35,969 nt of DNA. Origin: Methanobacteriota archaeon (GTDB taxonomy: Archaea > Halobacteriota > Bog-38 > Methanoflorentales > Methanoflorentaceae). The stretch is taken from the NCBI GenBank assembly GCA_963719035.1, contig CAVRAO010000005.1, positions 1-35,969 on the forward strand, written 5' to 3'. The position numbers and the translations under genes are program-made. Each line of letters opens with the position of its first letter. Position 1 is the stretch's first letter. The notes below the pieces were generated by a model, which worked only from the letters and a program-made list of their open reading frames with translations, did no database searches and had not been told where the DNA came from. Positions 19,206-28,968 of the stretch are shown here, piece by piece.

Positions 19206-20366
19206 ATGGGCAATGCAAAGACGCCACCAGAACGTTCACAACGTCTACTAGAACTTGACATACTTCGAGCATTTGCCATTTGCTTGATCGTGTTCTCTCA
19301 TTTTCCGCCCCTCTCTACTATCTATATCGATTTATCAGCCCGGCTATGGTGTGCCACCTTTGGCTTGGCGCTTTTCCTGTTTCTCTCGGGGTTCAGTTTA
19401 CACCGCAGCAACAGCATCACGAGCGCTGCCGATGTGCTACCATTTTACAAAAAGCGCATCATAAGGATCTATCCACTCTACGTGCTGATCATTGCGGTTT
19501 ATGTGCTGCTCCAAGTCTTGCCGCTTGGTACCCCATTCCTCGAGACGACGCTGACTTCTGGAGAAATCGCCGTGAACGTGATCGGGTTGCAGGCGCTCTT
19601 GAATACTCCCTCATACAATGCGCTCTGGTTTATTGGGTTAATTCTGACCTTTTACATGATCTACCCGGTCATGACGCTCGCATCCTCAGAAAAAGCCGTC
19701 AGGATTGTCATCTTTTCGTGCGCGGCGCTTGCGCTCTTTGCGTTCTTGAGAATAGCATTTGATATCGTCAACCTTCGCCTGATCTATTATTACGTTATAT
19801 TTGTCGGCGGGATCCTTGCGAGTAAAGCGCTTTTGACCCATGCACACCGATCACACTTCTCGACTCGGCGCAGCCGCATTGTATATATCGTTGGCGCGCT
19901 TTCCCTCTTGGGCATTGCGATGGCGTTTTATCAACAAAACCTCGGAGAAACAGGGGAGCTTGTAAGCTTTTATGCCAATATGGCTAATTACGTGCCAAAG
20001 GCGCTGATCTCGTTTCTCTTTATTTCGTGCGCCCTTTGTGCTGCTCGGGTCGTGACTATGACGTTTAACAAGCGCTACTACGCCCTCTCACTCTTCATCT
20101 CGCTTCTCTCGTACAGCATCTACCTAGTTCATCCCTTGGTTCTCACCGCGTGCACACGAGCACAGCTCGTTGCTCCGCAACTGAGAGGAGCACAAACTGA
20201 TGCGATACTCATTTTTATTGGCATCCCGGCGATAGTGTTAGCTTCATACGTACTCCAGAAAGGCGTAAATATGCTCACTCTGAGCTTGTGGGTACGAAGA
20301 GTGAGTGAACACCTCCACGTGCGTGTACGAAAAATCAGTGAACACTACAACAATCCTGAGACGTGA
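19206..20366 (+). CDS. Acyltransferase family 3 (OafA-like) membrane protein
   Basis: LDILRAFAICLIVFSH, FLFLSGF, KRIIRIYP, LWFI, SYSIYLVH. Confidence 0.9.
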   Translation: MGNAKTPPERSQRLLELDILRAFAICLIVFSHFPPLSTIYIDLSARLWCATFGLALFLFLSGFSLHRSNSITSAADVLPFYKKRIIRIYPLYVLIIAVYVLLQVLPLGTPFLETTLTSGEIAVNVIGLQALLNTPSYNALWFIGLILTFYMIYPVMTLASSEKAVRIVIFSCAALALFAFLRIAFDIVNLRLIYYYVIFVGGILASKALLTHAHRSHFSTRRSRIVYIVGALSLLGIAMAFYQQNLGETGELVSFYANMANYVPKALISFLFISCALCAARVVTMTFNKRYYALSLFISLLSYSIYLVHPLVLTACTRAQLVAPQLRGAQTDAILIFIGIPAIVLASYVLQKGVNMLTLSLWVRRVSEHLHVRVRKISEHYNNPET

Positions 20367-20393
20367 GCTTAGTATGAAAAAGGTGGATTCGAG

Positions 20394-21338
20394 ATGACGG
20401 AAAACAATCTGGCGATTGATGTGACCAACCTCGCAAAGCGCTTTGGCCCCCTCGTCGCCGTTGACGGTCTCTCCTTTAGCGTCGCGAAAGGTGAACTGTT
20501 TGGATTTCTCGGCCCAAACGGCGCTGGAAAGACCACAACGATCAGGATGCTCACGGGCCTGCTCACGCCGGACGCCGGGGAGATCTCGATTGGAGAGGTT
20601 AACCTACAAAAGCGTCCAATCGCTGCAAAGATGCAGATGGGCGTCATCCCCGAGATGAGCAACGTGTACACCGATTTAACCGCCAAACAGAACGTCGCGT
20701 TGGCAGGGCGGTTTTACGGTATGTCCCGCAAAGCAGCCGAAAAACGCGCTGACGAGCTCCTCGAGCAGTTCGAGCTCTCAGAAAGAAAGAATGACAAAGT
20801 CGGAGGGTTCTCCAAGGGCATGAAACAACGCGTGCTCATCGCAAGCGCTCTCGTACACGATCCGCACGTGCTCTTCCTTGACGAACCGACCTCAGGACTC
20901 GACGTGCACAGCCAGCGCCTTATACGGGCCATCATCAGGGAGATGAACGACGCGGGCACGACGGTGTTCCTCACGACCCACAACATCGAGGAGGCTAACG
21001 CCCTCTGTGATCGGGTTGCAATAATCAACCGCGGGAGGCTTGCGGCCATCGACACGCCTGAGCGGCTTAAGCAGGCGTTCAAAGAGACACAATCCGTCGA
21101 GGTCGCGTTTGATGAACCAGTTGATGTGAGCCCAATCGAACGGAGCGGCCTCGTTATCAGGACGGAAAGAGATGGTGAGAAGTGGCGCTTTTACACCGAC
21201 GATCCCGATGCGCTCGCCAAATTCATCTTCGCCCTCGCCGAAGCACAGCACCTCATCTTCACCGCATTGAGCATCGAGGGCGCCAGCCTCGAAGACGTCT
21301 TCGTCACCTTAACGGAGGGCACAGCACGTGTTCAGTGA
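20394..21338 (+). CDS. ABC transporter ATP-binding protein (DrrA-like exporter)
   Basis: GPNGAGKT, FSKGMKQR, LFLDEPT, TTH. Confidence 0.95.
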   Translation: MTENNLAIDVTNLAKRFGPLVAVDGLSFSVAKGELFGFLGPNGAGKTTTIRMLTGLLTPDAGEISIGEVNLQKRPIAAKMQMGVIPEMSNVYTDLTAKQNVALAGRFYGMSRKAAEKRADELLEQFELSERKNDKVGGFSKGMKQRVLIASALVHDPHVLFLDEPTSGLDVHSQRLIRAIIREMNDAGTTVFLTTHNIEEANALCDRVAIINRGRLAAIDTPERLKQAFKETQSVEVAFDEPVDVSPIERSGLVIRTERDGEKWRFYTDDPDALAKFIFALAEAQHLIFTALSIEGASLEDVFVTLTEGTARVQ

Positions 21339-22089
21339 CTCCATGCGCAGCCACCTGCGCAGCATCGCGCTCGTAGCGGAAAAGGACATGCGCATCTACT
21401 ACACGAAGCCGCCCGTGTTCATCTTCGGCTTCCTGTTTCCCTTTATCATGTTCATGGCGTTCTACTTCGGCCGCAGCGCCGACATGTACACGCTCTTTCC
21501 CGGACTTGCGGCGATGTTCGTCTTTTTCATCGCCTCGTCCGTCGGTCCCTTAATCACCCCGTGGGAGAAGCGGGCAGGCACCTATGAGCGGCTGCTCTCC
21601 TTTCCCGTCACCATCAACACCCTCATTCTCGGAGACGTTGTAGCCGGCATGCTCTTCGGCATCGTCATCAATGTCATCATCATTGCTCTAGGAATAGCGG
21701 CATTTGGCTACGCTGTGAGTGTTACCGGAGTCCTGCTGATGGGCGTGAGCTTGATATTAGGCGCGTTCTGTTTCTCAGCGCTCGGCGTGCTCCTCGCGTC
21801 GCCAGCGAGTACCAACCCGTCCAACGTCATGATGCTCTCAAGCCTCGTCCGCTTTCCCCTCATCTTTATCAGCGGTATTTTTGTACCGATCGCGAGCTTG
21901 CAGGGGATCGCGAAGGTCGCGGTCTACTGCTCGCCCATCACCTACCTCGTCGCCGGGTTCGACCTCAGCTTGCTCGGCAGGACAGCGATACCTATCGTGC
22001 TCACATGGGCTGCGCTCATCGGCTTTAGCATCGTTTTCGTGGCGCTGGCAGGCGTGCTCCACCGGCGAAATCTCATGAAAGGCCTGTGA
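21328..22089 (+). CDS. ABC-2 type transporter permease
   Basis: About six TM segments, EKRAGTYERLL and FISGIFVP; overlaps the ATPase gene. Confidence 0.92.
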   Translation: MFSDSMRSHLRSIALVAEKDMRIYYTKPPVFIFGFLFPFIMFMAFYFGRSADMYTLFPGLAAMFVFFIASSVGPLITPWEKRAGTYERLLSFPVTINTLILGDVVAGMLFGIVINVIIIALGIAAFGYAVSVTGVLLMGVSLILGAFCFSALGVLLASPASTNPSNVMMLSSLVRFPLIFISGIFVPIASLQGIAKVAVYCSPITYLVAGFDLSLLGRTAIPIVLTWAALIGFSIVFVALAGVLHRRNLMKGL

Positions 22090-22361
22090 CTAACGCTGAT
22101 TGTAGGATGGACGTCTCAGTGCAGTATTTCAGGTTGTTTCGTACCTTTAACTAACCACCAAGAACGTTCCAGCAAGTGACGCCGACTCATTTTGCGTCTG
22201 ATCGAACACCAGCGAATCTGGCGCGGCTCTGTGATTGATACTTGAAACCAAACATGTGAGCCGACTTCGAGGGACCGTTGTCTAACCGTATCAGTCGCCA
22301 CAAAGGGCTGCCGTCAGCCGCACAAGTTTGTCGCTCTGTGTGTGCTTTGTGGCACACCTTG

Positions 22362-22694
22362 TCAAAAAATTCGCATCTTTTTATTCATAATATTCTTTTT
22401 GATCATATCCAGAGCGGTTTCCAGCGCTCCGCGAACTGCTTCATCTTGCTCATCGTTTAATGCGTAGATAAGAGACGCTGTTGCACTCGCATCGCCCATC
22501 ATCCCAAGGGCCAATGCAACACTTAACCGCACGTCTGCATTGCTGTCCTTCAACGCTTGTGTAAGGGGGTGCACAGCTCGCGCATCTTCCAGCTCTCCGA
22601 GCGTCTCAGCGGCGCTCCGTCGAACCTTCGGGCTTTTGTCATTCAATGCAGTGATTAACCCGTCAACATTATCTTGGGCTGCCATCGTTATCAC
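22362..22694 (-). CDS. Short HEAT-repeat protein
   Basis: VRRSAAETLGELEDARAVHPL-type repeats; start position uncertain. Confidence 0.8.
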   Translation of the reverse strand: MITMAAQDNVDGLITALNDKSPKVRRSAAETLGELEDARAVHPLTQALKDSNADVRLSVALALGMMGDASATASLIYALNDEQDEAVRGALETALDMIKKNIMNKKMRIF

Positions 22695-22803
22695 GTCGTT
22701 TGTAAGCGCGAAGCGCTAAGAGGGACTGAAGCAATGAAACGAAGTCACCCTTGCTGCGCTTTGGAGTGACTGCCATCACGGTACACCGCTTTCACATCCT
22801 CGC

Positions 22804-24962
22804 TCAAGCGTACCCATTAGAGGCATGCTCAAGCGCCGGGTGGTTTATCTTCTCCAAGTACTCCGCTAGCTCTTCAGCGTCTGTCGCGATCGTTTCATCA
22901 GCGATCTTTTCTACCAAATCGGACAATCCGACCTCTTTTGCCCGCTTCTCAAGATTTTCACGCAACGCTTCTTTCAACTCCTTGGGCATCCAGACGATTC
23001 TCGCGATGCCGCCATCCGCACGTATAAACTTCTTGCTCGTAATGAACTGCCTCCCGATACCGACGAACCCGGGCGTTTGATTTCCACACCGACCGACCCC
23101 GCAAGAGTCGAGAACTTCGCGCCGATAGGGGTCATGTCGGTGTATTCTCGGTTGACCACGATGACCCCTTGCAAGTCACTGCTGATCGCCACAATACATT
23201 CAAAACACCCACACGACGTTTGCGGGTCCTCCATCATGGTGGTACTGATTCATTCGCTCGATGCGGCCATGGGTAAGCTCTCGTACGGCTTCGTTAACGT
23301 TTGTCCACTGGCCTTTCTGCTCATCGATGGCAGCGCCCTTTTCAACCGGCTTATTCGGTCCGTTTGAATCGATGCTAAACCCCGCAGCCGCATCAAGCCA
23401 ATTCAATGCGCCACACAGCCCTAGGCGTTCAGGAGAGATGATGCACACGTGGCACGGTGCAAAGCTCTGACACAACGTACACGCGTAGAACTCGTTGACG
23501 CTTTCATCGGTCAGTCCAGCGACCCTCCTGTCCCTTTCAGCGTATGACTCGTGGGCCTCTGGTAAGTGCTTTTCCACCTCATTCTGGTCGGTGATGATTG
23601 TAACTTGTAGCCGGCTGATAATTTCCCCGAACTCTTCCTTCATTTTATGAGATAAAGGATATCACCGAAGTGCTTGAAGCGTAACCCGCTGGCCACACTA
23701 TTCTTACTTAGTCGCACCCAGAGTAAGTTTCTCTGACCCGTATGCCACGCGCCCTCTGCGTAATTGATGAACTGGTGGATGCGCCGTTCAACGACGGGTT
23801 CAAACTCCTTTTTCATGTGCTTGCCGTATACCTCAACAAATATCCCAAGTGCTGATACGCTCCCCTCGTCCATCTCATCGACGTCCTTCCCGATCAGCGC
23901 GACATGACCGTCCTTAACCGCGTCGGCGTTGCGGATCTTCACGAGCTCAAACACCTTTGTCTTGGTTGGACCTCCACACTCGACGTAGGTCTGGGGCTTG
24001 CGCACCATTTCTCCCTCGAAGGCGAGACCATACGCTGCCGGCAGCGACACTTGGCCGAATTTCACCTCCATATCCCGTATCTCTATGGCGTGCGCGACGA
24101 TCTGACTGTAGTCTTTTTCTACTTCGTACTTGCCCGGCACTTCCTCCACATCTTGATCGGTGATCGTCGGCGAATCGTTGAACATCGCTGCGAACGCAAT
24201 CGAAGCCTTGATGTCGTCCACCAGCCCCATCTGGACAACAACTACCTTCGGCCTTTTGACAAGGTAATTGTGGAGTTCTGCCCTATCCCCTGGTCGGATG
24301 TTACCAAAGGTCAATGCCGCTCTGATAGCAAAACTCAAAGCGTGAACAGCTTGTGTGGACTCGCCAACACAGAATAGTAATCTATCAATTCCTTTTTGCT
24401 CACCAATCTCGATCCCAGCTTCTTTGATCTGCTGTATCGTATCGAAGGTGGGAATTACGAGCATGCCCTTACTCTGGCAGTCCCTGATGATCTTTGCTAG
24501 TAGTTTAGGGTCCTTCGCCTTTCCTACCAACACTAAGACCCCAGGTATGGTATCATCAACGAATGAGATGCCTAACCTCCGGAGCACTTCGTCGGCAATG
24601 AACCCGGTGTATGGGGTATCCGCATACGGGTCAGGATTGTCGATGTACTTGAGGGCCTCAACGATTTCTGCAGCGACCATAGTCGCTTCTCCTGAGGCCA
24701 CAGCGTTGTCAAACGTGTACTCCTCTCTAATCTTGCCCCTCACTTCTCCAAGAAGTCGCGGCAACTGCGCGAGTTTCGTCACTCTTTCGCCTGTCCACGC
24801 GGTGATGCATGGAAGATAGTACCCGGTGCTTGGGTATCCAATCTCCTTATCACGCCCGTGTTGACGTATCGCCTTATTGAGGAGCTGATCTGCGTATCCA
24901 GTCGCGATAATGGCCCCGTCGATCGCTTTCTTGTAGAGCGCAACCTGAGAGAGTTTCAGCAT
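22804..24962 (-). pseudogene. acsB: Acetyl-CoA synthase (ACS), full-length bacterial AcsB type, ~720 aa, at least three frameshifts
   Basis: N-terminal domain GYPSTGYYLP, ERRIHQFINYAEG, and A-cluster ligands CTLCQSFAPCHVC...LCGA and SCGCFEC; WMPKELKE near the end. Frame changes at ~23645, ~23242 and ~23086. Confidence 0.92.
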
Positions 24963-25013
24963 CTCTTCTCACTCGTCCTTAGTCCTCGCTTTGCACTTTT
25001 TCTCTATCGTATT

Positions 25014-25030
25014 TATATATGATTATATAT
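25014..25030. promoter_or_regulatory. Palindromic site upstream of acsB
   Basis: tatatatgattatatat, 16/17 identical to 25368-25384. Confidence 0.45.
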
Positions 25031-25366
25031 CAATATTGTGCGCTGAAAAAAGCTAAAGCAATTGGTTTCAAGCACCAAAGCACGCCCCCAATTTATAAGT
25101 CGCAAATAAGTCCCCTTAAGACGTTTTTTGAATAGAACAGGTTGTGCTCGCAAAGAAAGAACCACCCTGTAAATTCTCCTTGCATATGGGCGTACTAGTT
25201 AAGGGCTATGGGTGGGGCTTAATTATTCTAGAGAATTCCTCAGGGTGATCCTTGGACACGATGTCCAACGCAGAAACTTGCACAACGATTCAGCTCACTT
25301 GCCCGTGGAGCGAAGCGGGCTTCAGATCGCGCTTAAAGTGTTGAGTAGCGTCAAATGGCAACGGAG

Positions 25367-25386
25367 ATATATATGATCATATATAT
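25367..25386. promoter_or_regulatory. Perfect 20-bp palindrome upstream of arsR (candidate autoregulatory site)
   Basis: ATATATATGATCATATATAT, running into ATATATGCAGAT, which resembles the operator half-site; 34 bp before the arsR ATG. Confidence 0.6.
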
Positions 25387-25420
25387 GCAGATTTAACAAA
25401 GGCATCCTAAGATAGACAGC

Positions 25421-25798
25421 ATGAAGATAAGTGACCCTATAAAATCGCTTCAGAACTTTGCAGAGGCATACGACATCAACGTCGAGGAGCGTAAAAGTAC
25501 GCTTAACGAAATTGCCGAGGAGATTGATACGCGCGACACATACAAACAGGCACGCACGCTCAAGGCAGTAGCTGATTCAACGAGGCTTAAAATTATCAAG
25601 GCTCTGAGCCAACACGAACTCTGTGTTTGTGAACTCATGTTGCTGCTCAATGCACAGCAGTCTGCTGTGTCACATCACCTGCGCATACTCAAAGACGCCA
25701 ATCTCGTGGTGGAACGACGCCAAGGCAAATGGAGCTTCCACCGACTTGCGGGCGATCGCCTTGGAACGCTTTTAAGAGCGCTTGACGAGTTGGAGTAG
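25421..25798 (+). CDS. arsR: ArsR/SmtB family metalloregulator
   Basis: KAVADSTRLKII, ELCVCEL alpha3 metal-binding motif, SAVSHHLRILK, RRQGKW. Confidence 0.95.
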   Translation: MKISDPIKSLQNFAEAYDINVEERKSTLNEIAEEIDTRDTYKQARTLKAVADSTRLKIIKALSQHELCVCELMLLLNAQQSAVSHHLRILKDANLVVERRQGKWSFHRLAGDRLGTLLRALDELE

Positions 25799-25920
25799 CG
25801 CGAATAGAGCCCATCTCAAATTGCTTTTTTTAGCACGCACGTAACCTTCGACCAGTTTTACTGCACTTCGTTTTTGCTGGGCGAGAGAATGAGCACTACG
25901 GTTAGGGGCGCTTTCAAAAC

Positions 25921-25948
25921 ATTGATATATGTTAATATATTGATATTT
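25921..25948 (+). promoter_or_regulatory. Putative ArsR operator (site E)
   Basis: ATTGATATATGTTAATATATTGATATTT, 23/28 identical to site D (32322). Confidence 0.6.
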
Positions 25949-26056
25949 AAGTAGACTGCAACGACAAGTCGTCGACGAACATAGCAGTCGTCCCGGTATT
26001 GCCTCAATCGCGCCTAGCGTAGCGGAGACAACTAACAGATATTTCAGGTGAATACT

Positions 26057-26575
26057 ATGACTCAATCGCTTGCACGATGCATCACTGTAGAGCGCTTTCA
26101 CTCAGTCAACAAACAAGACGATGCCGATGCTCAACGTGGAATGATGGAGCTCAGCTTACGCGAGGACGTGCATGAGCTTCAGGGGGTTTTAGAAGGGGTA
26201 ACGTGTATCGCATTGTGTGATGTCACAGTGGGTGAAGAAGATAGCCGTCTCGCAGTTGGCAAGAGTGAGTCGATCCGAATTACGTGCAAAGAGCTGGGAA
26301 TTGCCTCCTTGCTGCTAGATGAGATACTAAATCCAAACTTTGGAATGGGTTGCTGTGCTGCGTGCCCATATCAAGCAAACTCTGAGGCGTGCTGTAGGAC
26401 TTTTACGGATGATGAGCTTGACTCAAAATCGATGTCGATGGCGCTGGTAGTCGCGGCTATATTGAAGTTGACATTCTGTTCTGAAAGTTCTACAAAGAGC
26501 AGTAATGCCAAAGATTCGCTCAGAAAAAAGATTATGCGTAAGTCTAATATATTTAGATATATTCATATGTTCTAG
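26057..26575 (+). CDS. Cys-rich protein, DUF2703-like
   Basis: SESIRI...LDEILN...GCCAAC...CCRTF...LVVAAILK resembles the DUF2703 C-terminal half; AGGTGA RBS. The family call is tentative. Confidence 0.5.
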   Translation: MTQSLARCITVERFHSVNKQDDADAQRGMMELSLREDVHELQGVLEGVTCIALCDVTVGEEDSRLAVGKSESIRITCKELGIASLLLDEILNPNFGMGCCAACPYQANSEACCRTFTDDELDSKSMSMALVVAAILKLTFCSESSTKSSNAKDSLRKKIMRKSNIFRYIHMF

Positions 26576-26611
26576 GTAGAATTTCCAAAGTCAGACGTAG
26601 TGGCTCACGAT

Positions 26612-27024
26612 AAGGAGAACGAAAATGACAGAAGAGAAGCAAATGATTGTTGATGAAATCCTCACGATGATGGAAAAGGGGTTGGGGGAGGAGCCGAAGC
26701 CCATGGTGCTGATGTCAAAGCTTATCCCTGAGTGGATTCCGAGACAAGCCCAGGAGAAGAAGTTCGTAATGGAGCAACTAAATCATATTCCATCCAAATA
26801 CAAACATCTCATCATGATTGCTGCTTCGGCGGCCGTCGGTTGTCATCTTTGTACCGAGACGTTCATCAAGATTGCCTGTCGCGCCGGCGTAACCAAAGAG
26901 GAAATCGCGGAGGCAATCCTTGCAACCCGGTTCGCCCTGGCCTCCACCACTTTTGCTACGGCGGTTGAGGGAATGGAATTTTTAACCTCCAAGGAGTGAG
27001 GGAAATGGACGAATAACGACACTA
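26612..27024 (+). repeat. 413-bp direct repeat, copy 1 (partner 32463-32875)
   Basis: Identical from aaggagaacgaaaATG to gaataacgacacta apart from two substitutions I could see (acg/aag, tgt/tat). Confidence 0.95.
26625..26999 (+). CDS. AhpD/carboxymuconolactone decarboxylase family protein, copy 1
   Basis: IPSKYKHLIMIAASAAVGCHLC...AGVTKEEIAEAI (CxxC). Confidence 0.9.
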   Translation: MTEEKQMIVDEILTMMEKGLGEEPKPMVLMSKLIPEWIPRQAQEKKFVMEQLNHIPSKYKHLIMIAASAAVGCHLCTETFIKIACRAGVTKEEIAEAILATRFALASTTFATAVEGMEFLTSKE

Positions 27025-27051
27025 AAAATTCAAAAAATTATGAGGTAACCT

Positions 27052-28038
27052 GTGGTTCCAGATATTTTACAAGAAGCTGTTAATTACCTAACATACGTGT
27101 TGATAGGGTTAGACCCTGCATCTCCGTTAGGCAGTGCAATCAACTTCTTCATCTATGATACCATAAAAATTTTAATTTTATTAACGGTAATAATATTCGC
27201 TATAGCCTTCTTCAGAAGTTATATATCACCTCTAAAGGTTAGAAAAGCCTTAGGTAAAAGAAATGAGTATATTGGGAATGTGATAGCTGCTTTAATAGGC
27301 ATTATCACACCTTTCTGTTCTTGCTCGGCAGTGCCGCTCTTCATAGGATTCGTAGAATCAGGAGTGCCATTGGGAGTCACTTTTTCCTTTCTAATTGCTT
27401 CCCCTATGATAAATGAAATCGCCATTATCTTATTGTGGGGTTTGGTGGGATGGCAAATAACAGCCATATACATTATATCCGGTCTCTTCATTGCCATAAT
27501 AGCCGGTATAATTATTGGGAAGCTTAAATTGGAAGGTGAGGTGGAGAGCTACGTTTATGAGATGATCGAAAAAATAAAAGCGGCGGAAGCATCAGGAATG
27601 ACTCTGGAAGAGGATAAACAGACCTTAAAGGAACGTGCCCTCTCCTCAAGAGATTACACTAAAGACCTATTGAAAAGGATTACGCCTTACGTAATAATAG
27701 CAATTGGAATAGGTGCGATTATGCATGGATATATTCCCTCAGATTTCCTTGTCACCTATGCTGGTGCAAATAATCCTCTAGCGGTACCCTTAGCAGTTTT
27801 GATAGGAGTACCTCTCTATTCAAATGCTGCAGGGATCATTCCATTGGTTGCCGTCCTTATTGATAAGGGAATACCTCTTGGAACTGCTTTGGCATTTATG
27901 ATGGCAGTAACTGCATTATCCCTGCCAGAAATGATTATACTCAGAAAAGTGTTGAAACCTAAACTCCTAGGAATTTTTGTCGCCACATTGGCAGTGTCTA
28001 TAACCGCCGTAGGCTATTTATTCAACGCTATAACGTAA
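27052..28038 (+). CDS. arsP: ArsP/DUF318-type permease
   Basis: ITPFCSCSAVPLF, FLIASPMINE, GVPLYSN, LSLPEMIILRKV. Substrate is not determinable from sequence. Confidence 0.85.
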   Translation: MVPDILQEAVNYLTYVLIGLDPASPLGSAINFFIYDTIKILILLTVIIFAIAFFRSYISPLKVRKALGKRNEYIGNVIAALIGIITPFCSCSAVPLFIGFVESGVPLGVTFSFLIASPMINEIAIILLWGLVGWQITAIYIISGLFIAIIAGIIIGKLKLEGEVESYVYEMIEKIKAAEASGMTLEEDKQTLKERALSSRDYTKDLLKRITPYVIIAIGIGAIMHGYIPSDFLVTYAGANNPLAVPLAVLIGVPLYSNAAGIIPLVAVLIDKGIPLGTALAFMMAVTALSLPEMIILRKVLKPKLLGIFVATLAVSITAVGYLFNAIT

Positions 28039-28107
28039 AATAACAGGATCTGTGTAAAATTCATTATTTTGAATATTAAATGTTGATATCAAGACAGAGG
28101 TGATTAT

Positions 28108-28347
28108 ATGAAAATAGCGGTATATGGACCGGGATGCGCAAACTGCCAAAATCTAGAAAAAAATGCTAAAGAAGCTGTCAAAGAAATTGGTATAGATGCT
28201 GAAATCACGAAAATTCAGGAAATTGACAAGATACTGGAATCCGGAATAATTGCAACTCCTGCATTAGCAATAGATGGAGAAATGAAATCCATGGGAAGGG
28301 TCCCGTCTGTGGAAGAAATAAAAAAATGGATTAAAGCTAAAATGTAA
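28108..28347 (+). CDS. MTH895/ArsE-like small redox-active disulfide protein
   Basis: GPGCANC...TPALAIDGE...GRVPS. Confidence 0.92.
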   Translation: MKIAVYGPGCANCQNLEKNAKEAVKEIGIDAEITKIQEIDKILESGIIATPALAIDGEMKSMGRVPSVEEIKKWIKAKM

Positions 28348-28610
28348 AAAAAATCAAGAAAGAAATCCAAATTCTTTCAGCAGACCTTCTTTGAATCTTA
28401 TAAGGCGATTTTCCAAACGTCTTTGTGCAAATTTATTACGCTTCAAATGCATCTCGGTGACCCTGATACTCCTTCTTTTTACATTCTTGGTTTCAGTGAA
28501 AATACTCGCACGACGGTAAATTGCGCTGTAACACAGTTGGTGACAAACGCTGCGTCTTGCCACACGTCTCAACGATGCTGCAGCCCTAAAGCTTCGGAGG
28601 TGGTGACGAC

Positions 28611-28853
28611 GTGGATTTAGATGTGAATATTAAAGCTCACGACCTACTATGGCGACTTATGGATCCTGCGATTAAAAAGCGTTATACTGAAAGCTTTGGC
28701 GCAAGAAAGTCGCAGCTCGTTGACTCTGAGATGGCAAAACTTGTTAAATCCGGCCTCATCTTTGAAAAGGACAATCGATATGACCTTACCTCGAAGGGGC
28801 ACTCAATCTATAACTTATTGACTAAACAGAAAGGCTGTTGTCAACCTATGTAA
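28611..28853 (+). CDS. Small winged-helix-like protein ending in vicinal cysteines
   Basis: GGAGGTG RBS; LVKSGLIFEKDNRYDLTSKG wing motif; C-terminal KGCCQPM. Confidence 0.6.
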   Translation: MDLDVNIKAHDLLWRLMDPAIKKRYTESFGARKSQLVDSEMAKLVKSGLIFEKDNRYDLTSKGHSIYNLLTKQKGCCQPM

Positions 28854-28968
28854 TCGTTAAGACGCAATTGCGGTTGCGAGCCATGAAAGGTATCGGGTCA
28901 GTGCGTTAGCAAGACGCTGTTGTTCATATCACGGGCTATTGAAATGCGCGAAAGAAGAGGTTTCTTAC

